Of a stretch of DNA of 64,000 nucleotides, positions 13,922 to 27,620 are shown in pieces. A program made the position numbers and the translations under genes. The notes under the pieces were generated by a model, which worked only from the letters and a program-made list of their open reading frames with translations, ran no database searches and was not told the DNA's origin. Every line of letters begins with the position of its first letter. Positions within the stretch are counted from its first letter, which is position 1. Source of the stretch: Marsupella aquatica (lineage: Eukaryota; Plantae; Marchantiophyta); the NCBI GenBank assembly GCA_973895155.1, contig OZ316892.1, positions 3,909,223-3,973,222 of the forward strand, in the 5' to 3' direction.

Positions 13922-16416
13922 CTTTTGAAGAGAGAACATCATGAATTTTGTAACAAAATCTCTGATACCCTTTCCTAGCCTGAACTCTTTTTGTTGTGTA
14001 CAATTGTAAGGGTGACAGATTTGGAGACTTAACAAAATTGTGACCATCATGACATCCTTTCTGACTATTGACGCTTCGATTAACAATAGTTGGCAGTGGT
14101 CAGAAAATTTTTGTTAGATGACATACAAAGTCATGATCCGAGCGAGTATGTGGTCAAGGAAGCAAGGCATTCAAATGCAAATTCCTGGAAAGAAAGATTG
14201 CAGCTCAATTGTAATCTGCAATCATGGATGATTAAAATTCTATTACAGGAGCTACTTTATTCCCAAGCTTCTTCTAATCAAGCTGTCTCCGACATTTTTC
14301 GTATAATTTGGGAAAATTTCATCCATAACTTTGATATCATTTTGTGAACTTCCCAGACCAAACCAGAAGAATCAGAATTCGTGTAACGCTAAATCTACCA
14401 TTATCATGGTTTGTGGATCACCCAGAAATTAAAGGCCTCTATTATCCATATTGCCGCACAAGTCTCTCTAATGAATCCAATATGCCATGAGAAATTGCCC
14501 TGGACCAAGCTGGACAAGGATGACTTGGTGCAGAGCTCTGCTAATTACAGTCATAAGTCTGAAGATATCAAAGTTATCCTCTTTTTCTCATCCATGGCCC
14601 GAGCTTCCTTTGGAACATCCATTTCTTGCTGTCTTCCTAGAACCTCTTCATTACCCACCAGTATAACTTAGCTCCGATGCCTGACTGGGTGACGGGCTGC
14701 CCCTGGCTATGCCCTGTGTAGGGGTCTGTGACCGTGTCTCTCCAAATTAAGGCCCAGTGTTTTTCCCTGTGAACCCTTTGTTCAGCCCTGTGCACAGGCG
14801 GACATACAGACAACTCTTCCTTTAGACCTATGCAGTAAATATGTGCAATTCAAATTTTCAGGAGGCTTTCTAAATAGCTCATCTACCAAAAAAAATCCCA
14901 TCCAAATGCACAATGGCATCATATCCCTTTGTATCTTAGCATCATTTGTACCCTTTCCAGGTGAACCCATTTCATTTCTTTCCCAGCAATTATTTTTCTT
15001 TCTCTTTCTTGGAAATGTTTTTTTATTGAGGAACAAGCAAACGTGCCCCTGGATGAATCACATTTATTTTTCATGTTTTTCATGTGGTTGCTTTCGAGGG
15101 TTGTGACTGATACTGTGCCTCCTTGTATCAGGAGGAATTTGTGAGTGTGGTGATTGTGAAGTAGCAGTCCAGGTATAAAGAGTGGTGAAACTCACAAATA
15201 CTCAAACTTTCTGCTGTGGAAAACAAGCATACCGGGATGTGGTGTCAAAAGTGCAAAGAAGTAGTAAACGACCCTTCTACAAAACCCAACTGAAGAATGC
15301 TAAAGGGAGAAGTCAGTGACCTAATTTTCTCATGATATGTGGATAATGCCTCCTTCCGAAGGGACAGCATGCTCAGGATGATGCTCATGGTCACATGTCT
15401 GCAGAAAAAAAAAGGCTTTACATGTTTTGTGAGGCTTCTTATTTGCAAAGTATGCTATGCAAATGAACCCATGTGAGTATGGCCTGATTTTTTTGTGAAC
15501 TATTTACGAGTTATTGTACAAAAATGTTGCAAAATGGTGTTCATGCCCCTAGTGTAGCAGTTTGACTTTCTTGGACTGTTCATACTACAACATTATTCGT
15601 AAATAAAAGAGTCTTGGTCTTGGTTCTGGGTCTTTTTTTAATGTTCGCATTAGAGCCATTACTTTTAAATAAAGGAGTCTTGGTAATGGTTTGGGTCGAA
15701 TTATAAGCTACGAGAGAATGGAGCAGCACCGGTAAAAATAGCAAGCTCGACTAGGGGGAGTGAATATGGACGAAGAGAGGCAGAACAGTAGTAATTGTCA
15801 TCCAGTGACTATTTTAATTCAACTTTTCTTGTCAAATTGTTGTTAGACAAAAACATGCACCGCGCTTGCACACGGCACTGGAGACTGATGGATTTTGCAA
15901 CCTGACCAGGACAACGAATACTCAATTGGGTCAAGATGACTCTCACTTTGTAGGCATCAACTCAACCATCAGAAGCCCTGCTCTTAAGTTCGCGGTTGCT
16001 AACTGCTGAAACAATCAGGCATGAGCGCAGAAGGCCTTGCGTATATCAAAGATTCTTCTCACAAGCGGAATAGGGCTTCGATTGGATGGGTTCATGCCAC
16101 CAGTCCAAAGGAGATCTAATGTTTAGCACGGGATTACTGATGCTTACTCCAGACCAAGAAACATCCAGCATAGATCCTCTCCTGGTACGCCAGTAGTGAG
16201 ACTTTCTAGTCATGAGGCAAAGTTTGAAGTTCCCATACAGCAATTGGCTTTGTCAAAGCATTCACCGCACTGAAACAACATGAAGCCCATTGTGTTACAA
16301 ACTACCAATACAAAGGACTTTCGATCTGGAGAGCAAAAACTGGCAGGGTAAAAATAGGTCCTTCTGCAATTGGACCCCCTTCATCAACCTTCCCACCTCT
16401 ACCATAACCTACTATG

Positions 16417-19400
16417 TCAATCTTCAGAGAAATTGGCTGCAAGGTCCCAATAATGGCCGACTCCAGCATCAGCGAGGTACTTCCTAGCTGCAGCCTCCGT
16501 CCTACATTGCTGAATTAAAAACTTGTCAAAGTTGGGTTTAGCTACACTTCCCTGCCAAACTAGGACACATTTATTCTCAACTTTTTCTCCCTCAGATTCG
16601 TTTTCATCTTCCTTAACAGCAGTAGCCCATTTAATCCTCTTCAACATCAACTTTGAATAGCGCTTAATGGACTTACTTCCTCCTTCCACCACTACAATCG
16701 TCATTATATCAGATATGACAACGCAACCTGTAAGGCGATTCTCCTGTGCATTCATGTCAACTTTGAATCTCGTTTGTGGATGAGATAGATCGTTTACTCT
16801 GTACACAGACACAATTGTCTCAAGCACAAAGGGATCCTCAAATAGCTTCTTCTCCTTCTTTTCACGACGCTCAGCAGGAGTTAGCTTGCGTGCCAAGTTA
16901 CGGTCAGCATGAGCCTGCTCCCTCTCTGCCGCAGCACTTCGAATTTCCTGCTCCAATCTGGTGGGATCCTGGGTGGCTTCTGCCCCTAAAACCTTCATTA
17001 AGTTGCTCATTTTCACCTTAGGCTTGGGCGGCTCCAGTAATCCCTGCCTGATCATCTCTTGTCTGTCCTTCTCTTTTGCTAACCTCCTCTGGGTCCGGAG
17101 CTTCTTTTGCTCCTTCTTCGTCAATTTCGGAGCTTGAGGGGCTGGAGGTGTAGGCTCTGCAGGAGGCTCAATAGGCACTGGATGCTCCACATAGATTGTA
17201 ATCTTGTCTGCCTTTACTCGAAAGTCCCCCTCGGCAATGTCATCGTAACTTCCAGATCGCAGCAAAACAGCATCCCTGCACCCAATTGCCAAAACCGAAA
17301 TAGAACAATTAGAGCACCACTCGGAATGCCACACAAAAATAATCGGTCATCCTGAAACTGACGGTAATCACAACTTGGATGAGTTTTTGGCAGAGGTGTA
17401 ATTTCCCAGAAAGTTCCAAAGTTGCAATATATTAGTATGCAGGAAAATGATCACAAGTACAGTACAACAAAGACATCTTTTTCAACGTGACAATTATCCC
17501 AGTTGGTGATTCGTTCCTTCCCCGGATTAAATCCACAAATCCATAGATCTCATTCCAAGTTCCTAGATAGTTGCGTTCTATGTGCCTCCAGAGGTGGAAG
17601 TCTAGTAGGAAGGTCGTCATCCAATGGACAAGTTACCATAAAAACACCCGAATTCTTAGTAAGGTGACCATGCAAACAACAAAACGCACGACAGAACGCA
17701 AACCTTGAAACTCAACCGTGCAGTGTTCTGTGATGTTATTGCCATTGTTTTGCCAATCATTATGTCAAGTTGGACGAAAAACACCTCTATACACTACACA
17801 TGAAAAACAAAATAGGAAAATATATGCAAGTACAGAGAGGAGAGGAACAACGTACCACCACTCCACATCCGGTATCAGGTCCTTTACTTTCTCTTCTTTA
17901 ATAGGAAATCTCTCTGTAACTTCGATCAAATTCGGATTGATGTCAGCCTCAGCTTTTGCCTTGGCAAGGGCTGCCTGCTTGGTCTTGATCTCCTTAGCTT
18001 TGGCATCCCCAAATTGACTCTGATGCAGACAAACTGATACAGTCAGGGATCATCAGTTGCTCTAAGCAGTTATACAACAGCCTGACGTTACATATCCAAG
18101 CAAAACGTGTTTCCAGAAATCTAAAGACTCATGACCAACATCATATTTACAGAGGGTCAAGAGAAATGGACCAACACCAGATACTCAATTCCATACTAGC
18201 ATAAGATACGTGATTAACAAAACCTAGACCAGAAACCCCGCAATAACATGGATGTCGACAAAAAAACTGCTGACATAACAATCTGGGACGAAATATTAAA
18301 CTGTGAACACTTAAAAGCCCAACGACAGGACTTCCTCTTGAGTACACTTGGAATATAAGAAGCCATACAGAAGTTTTTAAAAATTCAACGAAAGCTTGAT
18401 GGAGCTGTTTCTCACCTTTAGCCTCAACATTTCTGCCTGTTTGGACCATTTTCCCTCCTCAACAAACTGGAAAGCTGATCTCTTTGCCCGTACGAGTTTT
18501 TTCTTGTCAATTCCCACCCTCGAGTCAAAGAAAGGGTTGTCCAAAGGGTCCTCCTCCAATTCTGGCCGTAAAATCTTGAAAGCCTCCTTTTTTTGCTTAT
18601 TAATGTTCACCTTCACAGCACAGACAACGTGTCAGCAGGCTCATAACAGCAGCAGACAAGAAGAGTTGTGCAATGTTCCTTCTTGCATCCTAGCACCAGT
18701 ATACAGCATGCTTATGATGAACATCTGGGTGGCAAGATGACGCACGACAAAAACGCCTTCCCATCAATTTTCGATCTACCAAACTTGGCAGATATGAACG
18801 TGGCGACGAGAAAGGGACCAAACTCACCTTCAAAGTACTGATGCTTGTAATTTTGGGCCTATCCACGACATTACCATTTTCATCAACTTCTCTTCCCTGT
18901 GCATCTAGGCGGAGAACAGGCGCTTTTACTGACTTGGCATGCGCTGCAGCTGCTAGTTCCTCGGCAGTTGGAGGTGTCACCATTTGCAGAATCGGCATGG
19001 GACCCTGTTGAAATCCCCAGCGCGAAGCCAGCTCTTGTGCCCGCTTCACTGCTTCATAATTTGATATGGTACCGAGGTTTGGTAAAAGACCAGGAATCCC
19101 CGGTATCATACCGGGAACGAGGCCAGGGACATATCCATAAGCGCCAGCAGTAAAATTTGCTGGCATGGCTCCAGGTATCGCCAAGGCTGCTTGGGCAGGT
19201 GTGGGAGATACTTGATGGTTAACTGCTTGCACAGGAGCTGATACCGCCGGTGGTGCTGAGACGGCCGAGACAGAGTTTGATGAATCCTTCTTGATCTACA
19301 ATGGCCACCACGAACAAAAAGCTGAGCAGAGAGGCCAATTGCCACAAAAGCACGTTCGCCCAAAGAAACCCTAACTCACAACAAATAGAATCCTTCACTT

Positions 19401-20399
19401 GCTTAAAAAAGCAGGACCCATAAGATTAGTAGTAACTTAAAGTGAGCCATCCATAGACATTTAAAGAGAGGCCATACCGGCAATTTCTTAAGCTTCTCGG
19501 TGAGCTCCTTCTGTTGTTGCAAAAGTCTTTTTGCTTTAGCAAGGGTATCCAATTGTGCAGGTAATGCTTTCGCTGCTTCTGTGGTTCCTGCATTGGACGG
19601 TTTTTGTGAAGCTGAATTCTGGGAGTTCACTGGATCCGAACTGTGTGCTGAGTTACCAACATTCGGTGGAGTGCCCTGAAAGCATTACCAAACTGAACTT
19701 CAGAAATGGCTGGACCAGTTAGTTTTCTCCCCGTGAATTTAAGTCAGAGATTAGTCTCCAACCTGCAGAGAATGCACTTCCAGGACGTATGATACAAACC
19801 TTGAGAGCAACACAGACATTTACTAAACAAAGACTAAAGCGAAAGGCATCTTGTGAATAGACTTGAGCTAATTTGTTTGTTCATAGAGCCTTAAGTTTTT
19901 TCTAGGAGGCGCTCCTCGTTAAGCTGTAGAGTGTGAATGATCGATTACCCTCACTACAATCGTGCAAAGCCTCTAAGGCCGTGCACTTTGATGATTGAGA
20001 AAGTATCTCGTACCTATAGGCCCTCAACTACAATGACGAACGACCATCAAATACTGATTTCTCAGTCAAAAATTCTTCAAACGTGTATGTCAACAGAACT
20101 TCGTTAACTGCCTGAGGAACAAGGAGGGTTCGATGGGAAGGGGTCGGGTAGAGGAAGATCATCCCAAAGACTTCTAGCTACGGAGTGGAGCACATGCGTA
20201 CCTGCGCAGACGAATCCTTCGAAAGGTTCGAGGTCTTCGACTTCTTCGCCGGCTTCTCCTCACCAACTCTACCATCTGAAGGGTCTGCAGCATGCACCGT
20301 CTTTGATTTCTTGGAAGAAGACCTCTCACTACTCTCCCTCCCATCCCTGCCATTCGACGCACTCTCCGACCGCGCCATCTTCACAATCTTGGCGGACAT
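16417..20399 (-). CDS. PRP3: U4/U6 snRNP protein Prp3 (PRPF3, Arabidopsis RDM16-like)
   Basis: Exons at about 20202-20399, 19478-19675, 18828-19296, 18416-18610, 17857-18019 and 16417-17276. Hallmarks: APVLRLDAQGREVDENG, STLKVNINKQKK, FQFVEEGKWSK, IPDVEWW|D, YVEHPVPIEPP, PKPKVKMSNLMKVLG, FKVDMNAQENRLTG, VVVEGGSKSIKRYSKLMLKRIKW, CVLVWQG, HYWDLA. Confidence 0.95.
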
Positions 20400-20563
20400 G
20401 TCTGCCCGCCCCTACTGCCGCCCCTCCAATAACAAGTACCAGCGGTCTAAACCAACCTCTCCATCATCCTCGCCCGAGAGAGACACGGAGCTCCTCGCTT
20501 CATAGCTGAAACAAGCCCTGACAGAATTCGATCTCACAAGAGCTCGTTGCTCTACTAAGACGT

Positions 20564-20572
20564 AAACCCTAA
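20564..20572. promoter_or_regulatory. Telo-box (AAACCCTAA) in the PRP3 5' region
   Basis: Exact AAACCCTAA about 165 bp upstream of the PRP3 ATG. Telo-boxes are typical of plant translation and RNA-processing genes. Confidence 0.5.
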
Positions 20573-20889
20573 ACCTTCCATCGAGAGAACGAGAGAGTCA
20601 AATCGACGACCCGATTTCAGAGCTTCCGGTCACATTTCTCAATTCAAGTTTCTGTCCAGACGCCCGAGTTCGCCTACTGGTATTGCTGGCAGTCTCCCGC
20701 CTCCATTCGTCCTCGGAAATTCCGATTTCGGCTCCTCCATCTCTCTCTCTCGCTCGCTCTCCCCTATCCTCGTGGCCTGCCTGCGCTGTTGTCCTGTCAT
20801 CAACTTCTTCGTCGCCCTTCGTCTAGTTCCTTTTCCTTCATTTCCCGAACGACTCTCCGTCTGCTCTGCGTTGCGACGAAGCTTAATAA

Positions 20890-22230
20890 CTACGGGTAGG
20901 ACCATGTCCTTGGGTGGGACTTTTCCGCTGGTTTCTAGAGTACCTCTTCTGGTACGAAGTTTCCTTTGTGATGCAATTCCAGGTTTCTCCGGATTCTTTT
21001 TATTTTTCTTTTCAACACAAATGGGCCCTTTCCTCTCCTTTCCTCCCCTTCATTGGATTGTTTTGTCTTTGAGGTCATGTCTCTCGGCTCCTCCCCTTCA
21101 TTGGATTGTTTTGTCTTTGGGTTCATGTCTCTGGGTTGGGCCTTATTGCCCTTAGGCAGTGTGATATATAAGAAGGGGACCATAACTGCAATAAACAAAT
21201 ACTCGGATGGTTAATATTTAGGGGTAGGACCAACTCCTTGGGTGGGACTTTTCCGCTGGTTTCTAGAGTACCTCTTCTGGTTCGAAGTTTCCTTTGTGAT
21301 GCAATGCCAGGTTTCTCTGGATTATTTTTCTTTTTCTTTCCAACACAAAGGGGACCAGAACTGCGAGAAACAAATGCTCGGATGGTTATTTGTGATGCAA
21401 TTCCAGGTTTCTCGGGGTTGTTTTATTTTTCTTTTCAACACAAAGGGGACCACAATTGAGAAAAACAATTGCTCGGATGGTTAATATTTAGGGTAGAACT
21501 ACGTCCTTGGGTGGGACTTTTCCGCTGGTTTCTAGAGTACCTCTTCTGGTATGAAGTTGCTTTGTGATGCAACTCCAGGTTTCTCGGCATTCTTTCTATT
21601 TTTATTTTCAACAGAAAGGGGACCAGAACTGAGAAAAACAATTGCTCGGATGGTTTATAATTAGGGGTGTGTGACTTTTCCCCTGGTTTCTAGAGTATCT
21701 CTTCTGGTACGAAGTTTCCTATGTGATGCAATTCCAGGTTTCTCTTTTAGTTTTCTTTTCAACACACAGGGGACCACAACTGCAAAAAAATGCTTGGATG
21801 GATTTATGGATTTGCATATGCTCTTGTGGACTTTTGCAACCCCAATGGACCATGTGTAAAATTGACCGGTGATAGCATGTTTTACAGTGAGGATTAAATA
21901 TTTACATTTGAATCAAAATCTAAAATGCGAGTGATCCAACTGCGTGGCAACAAAGGGTTAGTACTCAAATAGCCACTACCCATATAGAAGGGGGAAACGT
22001 CCAAGACTTCTGCCTTTTCACTTTCCTGACATTCTTCTCCTCTCCCCTTCCATACTCTTCCACAAATCAAGGAAGTGATACTATTTATGGTGAAACCTTG
22101 TGTTTCTGTCATGGCTAGTGATGGTTTAAGGGTAGGACCATTTCCATGGATGAGACTTTCGGCTGGTTTCTATAGCATCTCTTCTGGTACAAACTTTCTT
22201 TAGTGATGCAATTCCAGGTTTGTCCTGATT
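20890..22230. repeat. Tandem array of degenerate units about 160-330 bp long
   Basis: Core gacttttccgctggtttctagagtacctcttctggtacgaagtttcctttgtgatgcaattccaggtttctc recurs at about 20915, 21245, 21515, 21673 and 22153. There is an internal 47-bp duplication at about 21040-21130. Confidence 0.85.
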
Positions 22231-25200
22231 TTGTAATTTCAAAAGGAATTATCTACCTCGTTAGTTCCACTAGTTCAGGTCGTGCACAGGAAACATTGGG
22301 GTCAGGGCAAGGAAGTTGGCAAGGCAAGAAAAATGTTGTGGAGGCAAGGCAACATTGTCACGGCCAAGGTCAAGGCAAGGAAGTGCCGGTTTTGCCGTTT
22401 ACGGTGTTGTTGAACCCCTAAAAGAACCTAGTACCCTCTTCCCCCACCCTCCCTCCTGCAAATCTTTTCTCGTCCCCACTCTCATGATGTTTCTGCATGT
22501 TGAGGGTGGAAGCGCCCCCCCCACCCTTTCTATGTGGCCCTTCTGCAATATTATGTAGATCATGTAGAAGGGTGTGTTGCAACTATTTTGGAGATCTTTC
22601 ATCTAATTGGTTTGGTGCGACTCATCAAAGACTCCAGAGAATTTCCTTTTTCCCAGAAACTTTGCGGTGAATACTTCCCCAAACCATAGCACCTGCAGCA
22701 GCTAAACTTTCAGCTCAATCAGACTTAGGCCAAAACATCACAACTGGTATCTCAATAAGGGCGTTTTACTTTCCGCACACACAAAAAAAAAAACCAATCT
22801 CAATAACTTCCCATTTTGGCCTACTCTTTTAGCACAACTTAGAGTTTATACATCTCAATAGCACAAAAATGGCATGATAGAAACCCAAAACAATCCAATC
22901 TCATCCTTCAAAATGGAAGATCAGATGACATATGCCTACCCTTTCGGCTGTCACCTGCCGCCTTCCACTCACTGTCTCCTTTCTTGAACTGACCCAATTG
23001 CATGCATTGATCTTCTGGATCCGGCAGTATAAGTTTCTTGTGCATTTTAAGGGTTCCAGATTCTTCTTTACGTGCCCTTGTAGAGAGTTCCAATGGTCTA
23101 GAAAAAGGACACTTCTTGTGCAACAGCCAGGGCTGCTTCCCATCTCAATGATTTTTTTGTAAACCAAAGGGAGAAAGAGTGAGATTGTATCCTATAGTGT
23201 TTAGAATTAGATGTATATGTGTTTCAAAGTTATTTGATTTGGCTAACTTTTCATCATGGGGCATGATAGTTATATTTATTTGAGGACCAAGCACTATCTC
23301 ATATAGCTTTGGCTAATTTTGAGCTAACCCAAATTACTTTGCTTAGTTACCCCGGTAAAAGGGAGAAGCACACTATGAATTAAACCAAAAGACTGGTAAA
23401 TTTTATATATAGACAAAAAGCGGTAAATCTCAGGAAGCCATCAAGGGTACAAGGAGAACAACCTGCCCAAGTAGGACCAAAATGAAATTTTAAAATTGGC
23501 AGAACGTGTCCATACAGAAAATAGGCGTACCTAAGCAAAACAGGGCCCACAAAACACAACGCACTCACAAAGAGGGAATGAAAAGCAAAATGGGGCCAAA
23601 ATAGCCCCTGAAATGTGATTAAAAATGAATCTAAGCTGAGAGGGAACCAAAGTATAAAGAAAAGTAGAGCAATGAAAATGAAGTGGTCGAATCTATAAGA
23701 ACACGCGTGTCGAGAGAAGACGGCACACAGCTGGTATGCTTATTATGGTGCAAGTTTTCTAATGGGCCAATGGGGTCAAGATCTACGATGCTTTTTTTTA
23801 ATAAAATTTTGTTAAGGTCCATGACGACATGCGCACCGTAGCCAAAGAATTCAGGCCAGCTGGCCAGGATTGAGGAACATTCGGAAAGCGTTTTGATTCA
23901 TAGGTTACGGCCCTCAGAGTTAGGGCCTTTGGATTGAGGCATATTTCAAGCACAACATCAGGAATTTCGTCACGTACTGTAGTGCTGAAGTACCATATTT
24001 AGGTGGTTTTTGCCTTGTACAAAACAAACTCAGATGTTAATTGAGATTTTGAAAGAAAACAAACTTTTTACAGAAAAAGGGCCGTACAAAAGAATAAACA
24101 GAAGAGGTCCCAAGTGGATAAAACCAAACACAAACCAAGTGAGCAAAATGAAACCTCTAAAACCAAGAAAAAGGAACTAAATAAAAATAAATAAATAAAA
24201 AACTCAGATGTTAATTGAGATAGTGTTAATACGCAGTGTGTGTGTGATATTCTAGTGGTTCTTCAACATCAACAAGCAAAAGGTACTAGGAAGAAAAGAA
24301 GAAAGATGAGGTAATCTGCTATAGATAACATGAGGGTTGATCCTACCAGGGTAATTTCTAAGGCTCTTTTGTTTTGGCCAGGGTGGCTAATGTGGCTTGT
24401 GAGTTGCTAGAAAATTCTTTATCTCTTTTCGTAGCCAATTTTTTATGATCCTTAGATCTCCCTCGATTTAGGGATGACTCACAGATTTTGGTAATGGGGT
24501 CTGTGGCTTGAAACCGGGCTAATTGAAGACCGTAAATGCTAATCTTAGTCAAATGCGAGGAATAGTTTTAGTGGGCTGGAATTTGCCACTAAAAAAAGGC
24601 TGGAAGGTAGGTTTTTCCATGTTTGTAAAAAAATGCGCTAGGTAGGCTCACGTGGGGTTCTTATGTCACATGGGAATAACGTGCTGACCTATCCAGTCAT
24701 GTTTTTTAATGCATTTGGAATTTCTCATCCACAATAGTTTTTTATGGCACTCGGCCAACCCCACACACCTATACTAAGGGTGGGTCCTGTGTTGCCTCTT
24801 CAAATCAACAGGAAGTCATCTACGTATACAAATAATTATTCTGCTAACTCCAGCAAACTAAATAAGTTCGCTGGACTAACTAAGGGCTCAAAGCCTGACC
24901 CAGACAAAAATCGATGCTGACCATGACTCTACCGAGTTCTGTAGACTGTTGACCCTGGTCAATTCCCCGGTTTGGGTCCCAGAAAATTGGGATCGGACCG
25001 TTGTCGCCAGGGACCGGACCCCACCCAAGATCCTGCGGGATCATCAGTGAATCTGAGTAACATACCTTAAATTAACTCATGACGGAATCGTATCCGTTCA
25101 TTTTCATTTCAACGGCTCAAATCAACCAACATCTCAAATATCTGCCCCTGTCTTCTGGAATCTAGAAATCGTCCACGCGTCCCGGGACAGCAGGCACCAG

Positions 25201-25644
25201 GGAAAAGAGACCCTTGACTTGGTTCAAGACTCGAGAGTAAGTTAAACAACACAGTCCTCGGTACCTGTCCTCGATCCGCGTTGAGTTAATGTTCCCCGCA
25301 TTGAAGCAGCGTAAGCAGCGTAAGCACAATTCTACGGTCAAGATTTCTCCCAGAAACGAAGGGCGATACTTTGACCGTTCGATGGACAAGCAGCGTGCAG
25401 AAGATCACTGTGGGACGTTGGCCATGGGACCGCAGTTATCAAAAGAACCATAGTTGACTGAACGGAATTAATAAGTCCTAGCATTGGTGTATCCTGGACG
25501 AACGTAGTGGTTGGGTCTTTCTGCCAAAACCAGTCAAGTGGTCAGCCTCTGTGATACCGTCCAAGTGAGGTAACGTATCAACAATTCAATGGCTACATGA
25601 AACACACAGCTACAAATGTTTCATCATCTAATCTGTCTCTTCTC

Positions 25645-25719
25645 TGCAAACTAAAAAAACACCTTAAATTTCACGCACATATGCAAACTAAAAAAACACC
25701 TTAAATTTCACGCACATAT
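25645..25719. repeat. 37-bp tandem duplication
   Basis: tgcaaactaaaaaaacaccttaaatttcacgcacata occurs twice in tandem. Confidence 0.85.
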
Positions 25720-27540
25720 CCTCCAGTTTGGTGAGAAGAGTTGGCACTTTGCTTACTCTCTTCTAAATATGGAATAGTGCAAAAGCAAAGGGTATTTATT
25801 TTACAGTTTTTAAATATATTGTCACTAAAGATGTTTGAATTTACAATATTATCACAATTTTTTGTATTTACAAAATTACCCGTGGTTTCCGTACATAGCT
25901 CCCCTAGTTACCTTGGTGAACTTGTCATTCATATATGACACTGTGATATTTTTATAAATACAAAAAAGTAGTGGTAGTATTGTCAATTAGAACATCTTTA
26001 GTGACAAAGTACTCAAAAGCTGATTTCTTTTATGGGTGGTTTTCTGGGCCTTGTCTAGGATGTGCCTCTTGCCATGGTTTAAGGAAGATAGCTAATATAA
26101 GGTGCTCCATAGGATCAGGGAGCATGCACATAGTACTGGTGGTTGAAGAAGAAGGAGGATTGTGTTGGGGTACTTTGGCAATGTTGAGATGATCATTCAC
26201 CAACTGGAAGACCCCCCGTCAGTAGTTCTCCCACCATTGCAAAAGCAACCTTCCAATGTAATCATAGGCCATTATTTTTCTATTAACATGTTTTTAATGT
26301 TTAGACTAGGCTTGTGGGTAAAGACAAGCATTGGGGGTCTGGGTACAAGGTGCCCTTCTTGTATATGTACTGATATTTATACTAGTACCTGAGGATGGAC
26401 AAAAGTGACATTGACTCTAATTAAATAAAGACAAAATTAAAAAGAGGATGGACAGAAAACAAGGATGGGGTAAAGATCAATGGAAATAACATATAAATTC
26501 TATTGTGCAAGATTTATTTCTTCATATATGTTTACATTCAAGGAATGGGTAATTGGGCTAGTTACACTGACCGCGCATCTAAAGCCAACAACTAGATAGT
26601 GATTTAGAATAACACTCAATGATTTAAATAAAATAATTGGGTCCATCGTTGTATGGAGTGATAGAGTATACTTTATATTATTTGTCAATTTTTGATGTCA
26701 CTCAAAAACAAAGGGTACTCAAGGGGGTGATTACTTAATGCAGATAAAAATCACAAAAACAAACACACCGTGGGGTAAAGGAGTGAATTGTAGCGGTGGT
26801 GGCGGGTCAGCAAGTTGGAGGAGGCAACACCCCTTTAGACATAATAATTGGATCTATGATTGTATGGAGTGATATGAGTACACCTTACATTGTCACATTT
26901 AGTTATGATTACAGCAAGCTCGAGCTCAAGCAATTTATCATGGATCCCTCAAAGTGGACAATAGAGTGGCTCCGCAAAGGCTTGCCCCCTAGAGGCCATT
27001 TTTGTCTCACTTGCAGATTTAGTTACGACACTAGATGTGGACCATTAGCCCTAGATACATTTACTTTAGATGTGGACGGTCATTAGTCTATCCCTCTAGT
27101 GTGTGAGCAAATTTTCTCCCTTTTCTTTTATTATATTTTTCCCCTTACGGTTGTACTTGCTTCTTTTGCGTTTGTTCTCTTTGGAGTTCTTTTGTTTGGT
27201 CTTCATTAGGGCATCTCGAATGTTAAGAGATGCTGGCTTTTAGTCAGTCCAAGAATTTGCGGTGCAGGATGCAGACTTCAAATGTGCGGTACATCGAGTT
27301 GGCAACTGCACATTTCTACCCAGGCTTTTTCACACACGTCAGGCCAACTTGCTACGAGCCCTCTCAAAGTTCACCCCCCTTGGTTACACATGTCGAAAAA
27401 CCATGTCCCACTGTAGTTTCGGCCCCACAATTTTATGCATTTAGTAGCCCAGACTACAAACAAGAAGGGCAAAGATTGGGACTCCTTATTGTACTTTGTT
27501 TGGCCACTCCCTATTGTACTTTGTTTGGCCCTTTTTGTGT

Positions 27541-27620
27541 TACGAGCCCTATGCCCGTGCGTTGCACAGTGCAATGAGGGCCGGCCCATAGAGAGTTGGG
27601 CCTGGGGCCGGGGGCGAGAG
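27541..27620 (-). mobile_element. Helitron-like 3' terminus (degenerate)
   Basis: Minus strand reads ...ctgtgc-aac-gcacgg-gcatagggctcgt, a subterminal hairpin followed by a CTAG-like end. It is homologous to 48781-48838 on the + strand. Confidence 0.5.

Noticed and set aside
22200-27500. Numerous 60-115 aa ORFs in the PRP3 to U-box intergenic region
   Set aside because: No recognisable domains or exon chains. Probably decayed repeats, with faint similarity between about 24060-24100 and 58600-58640, but too weak to call.
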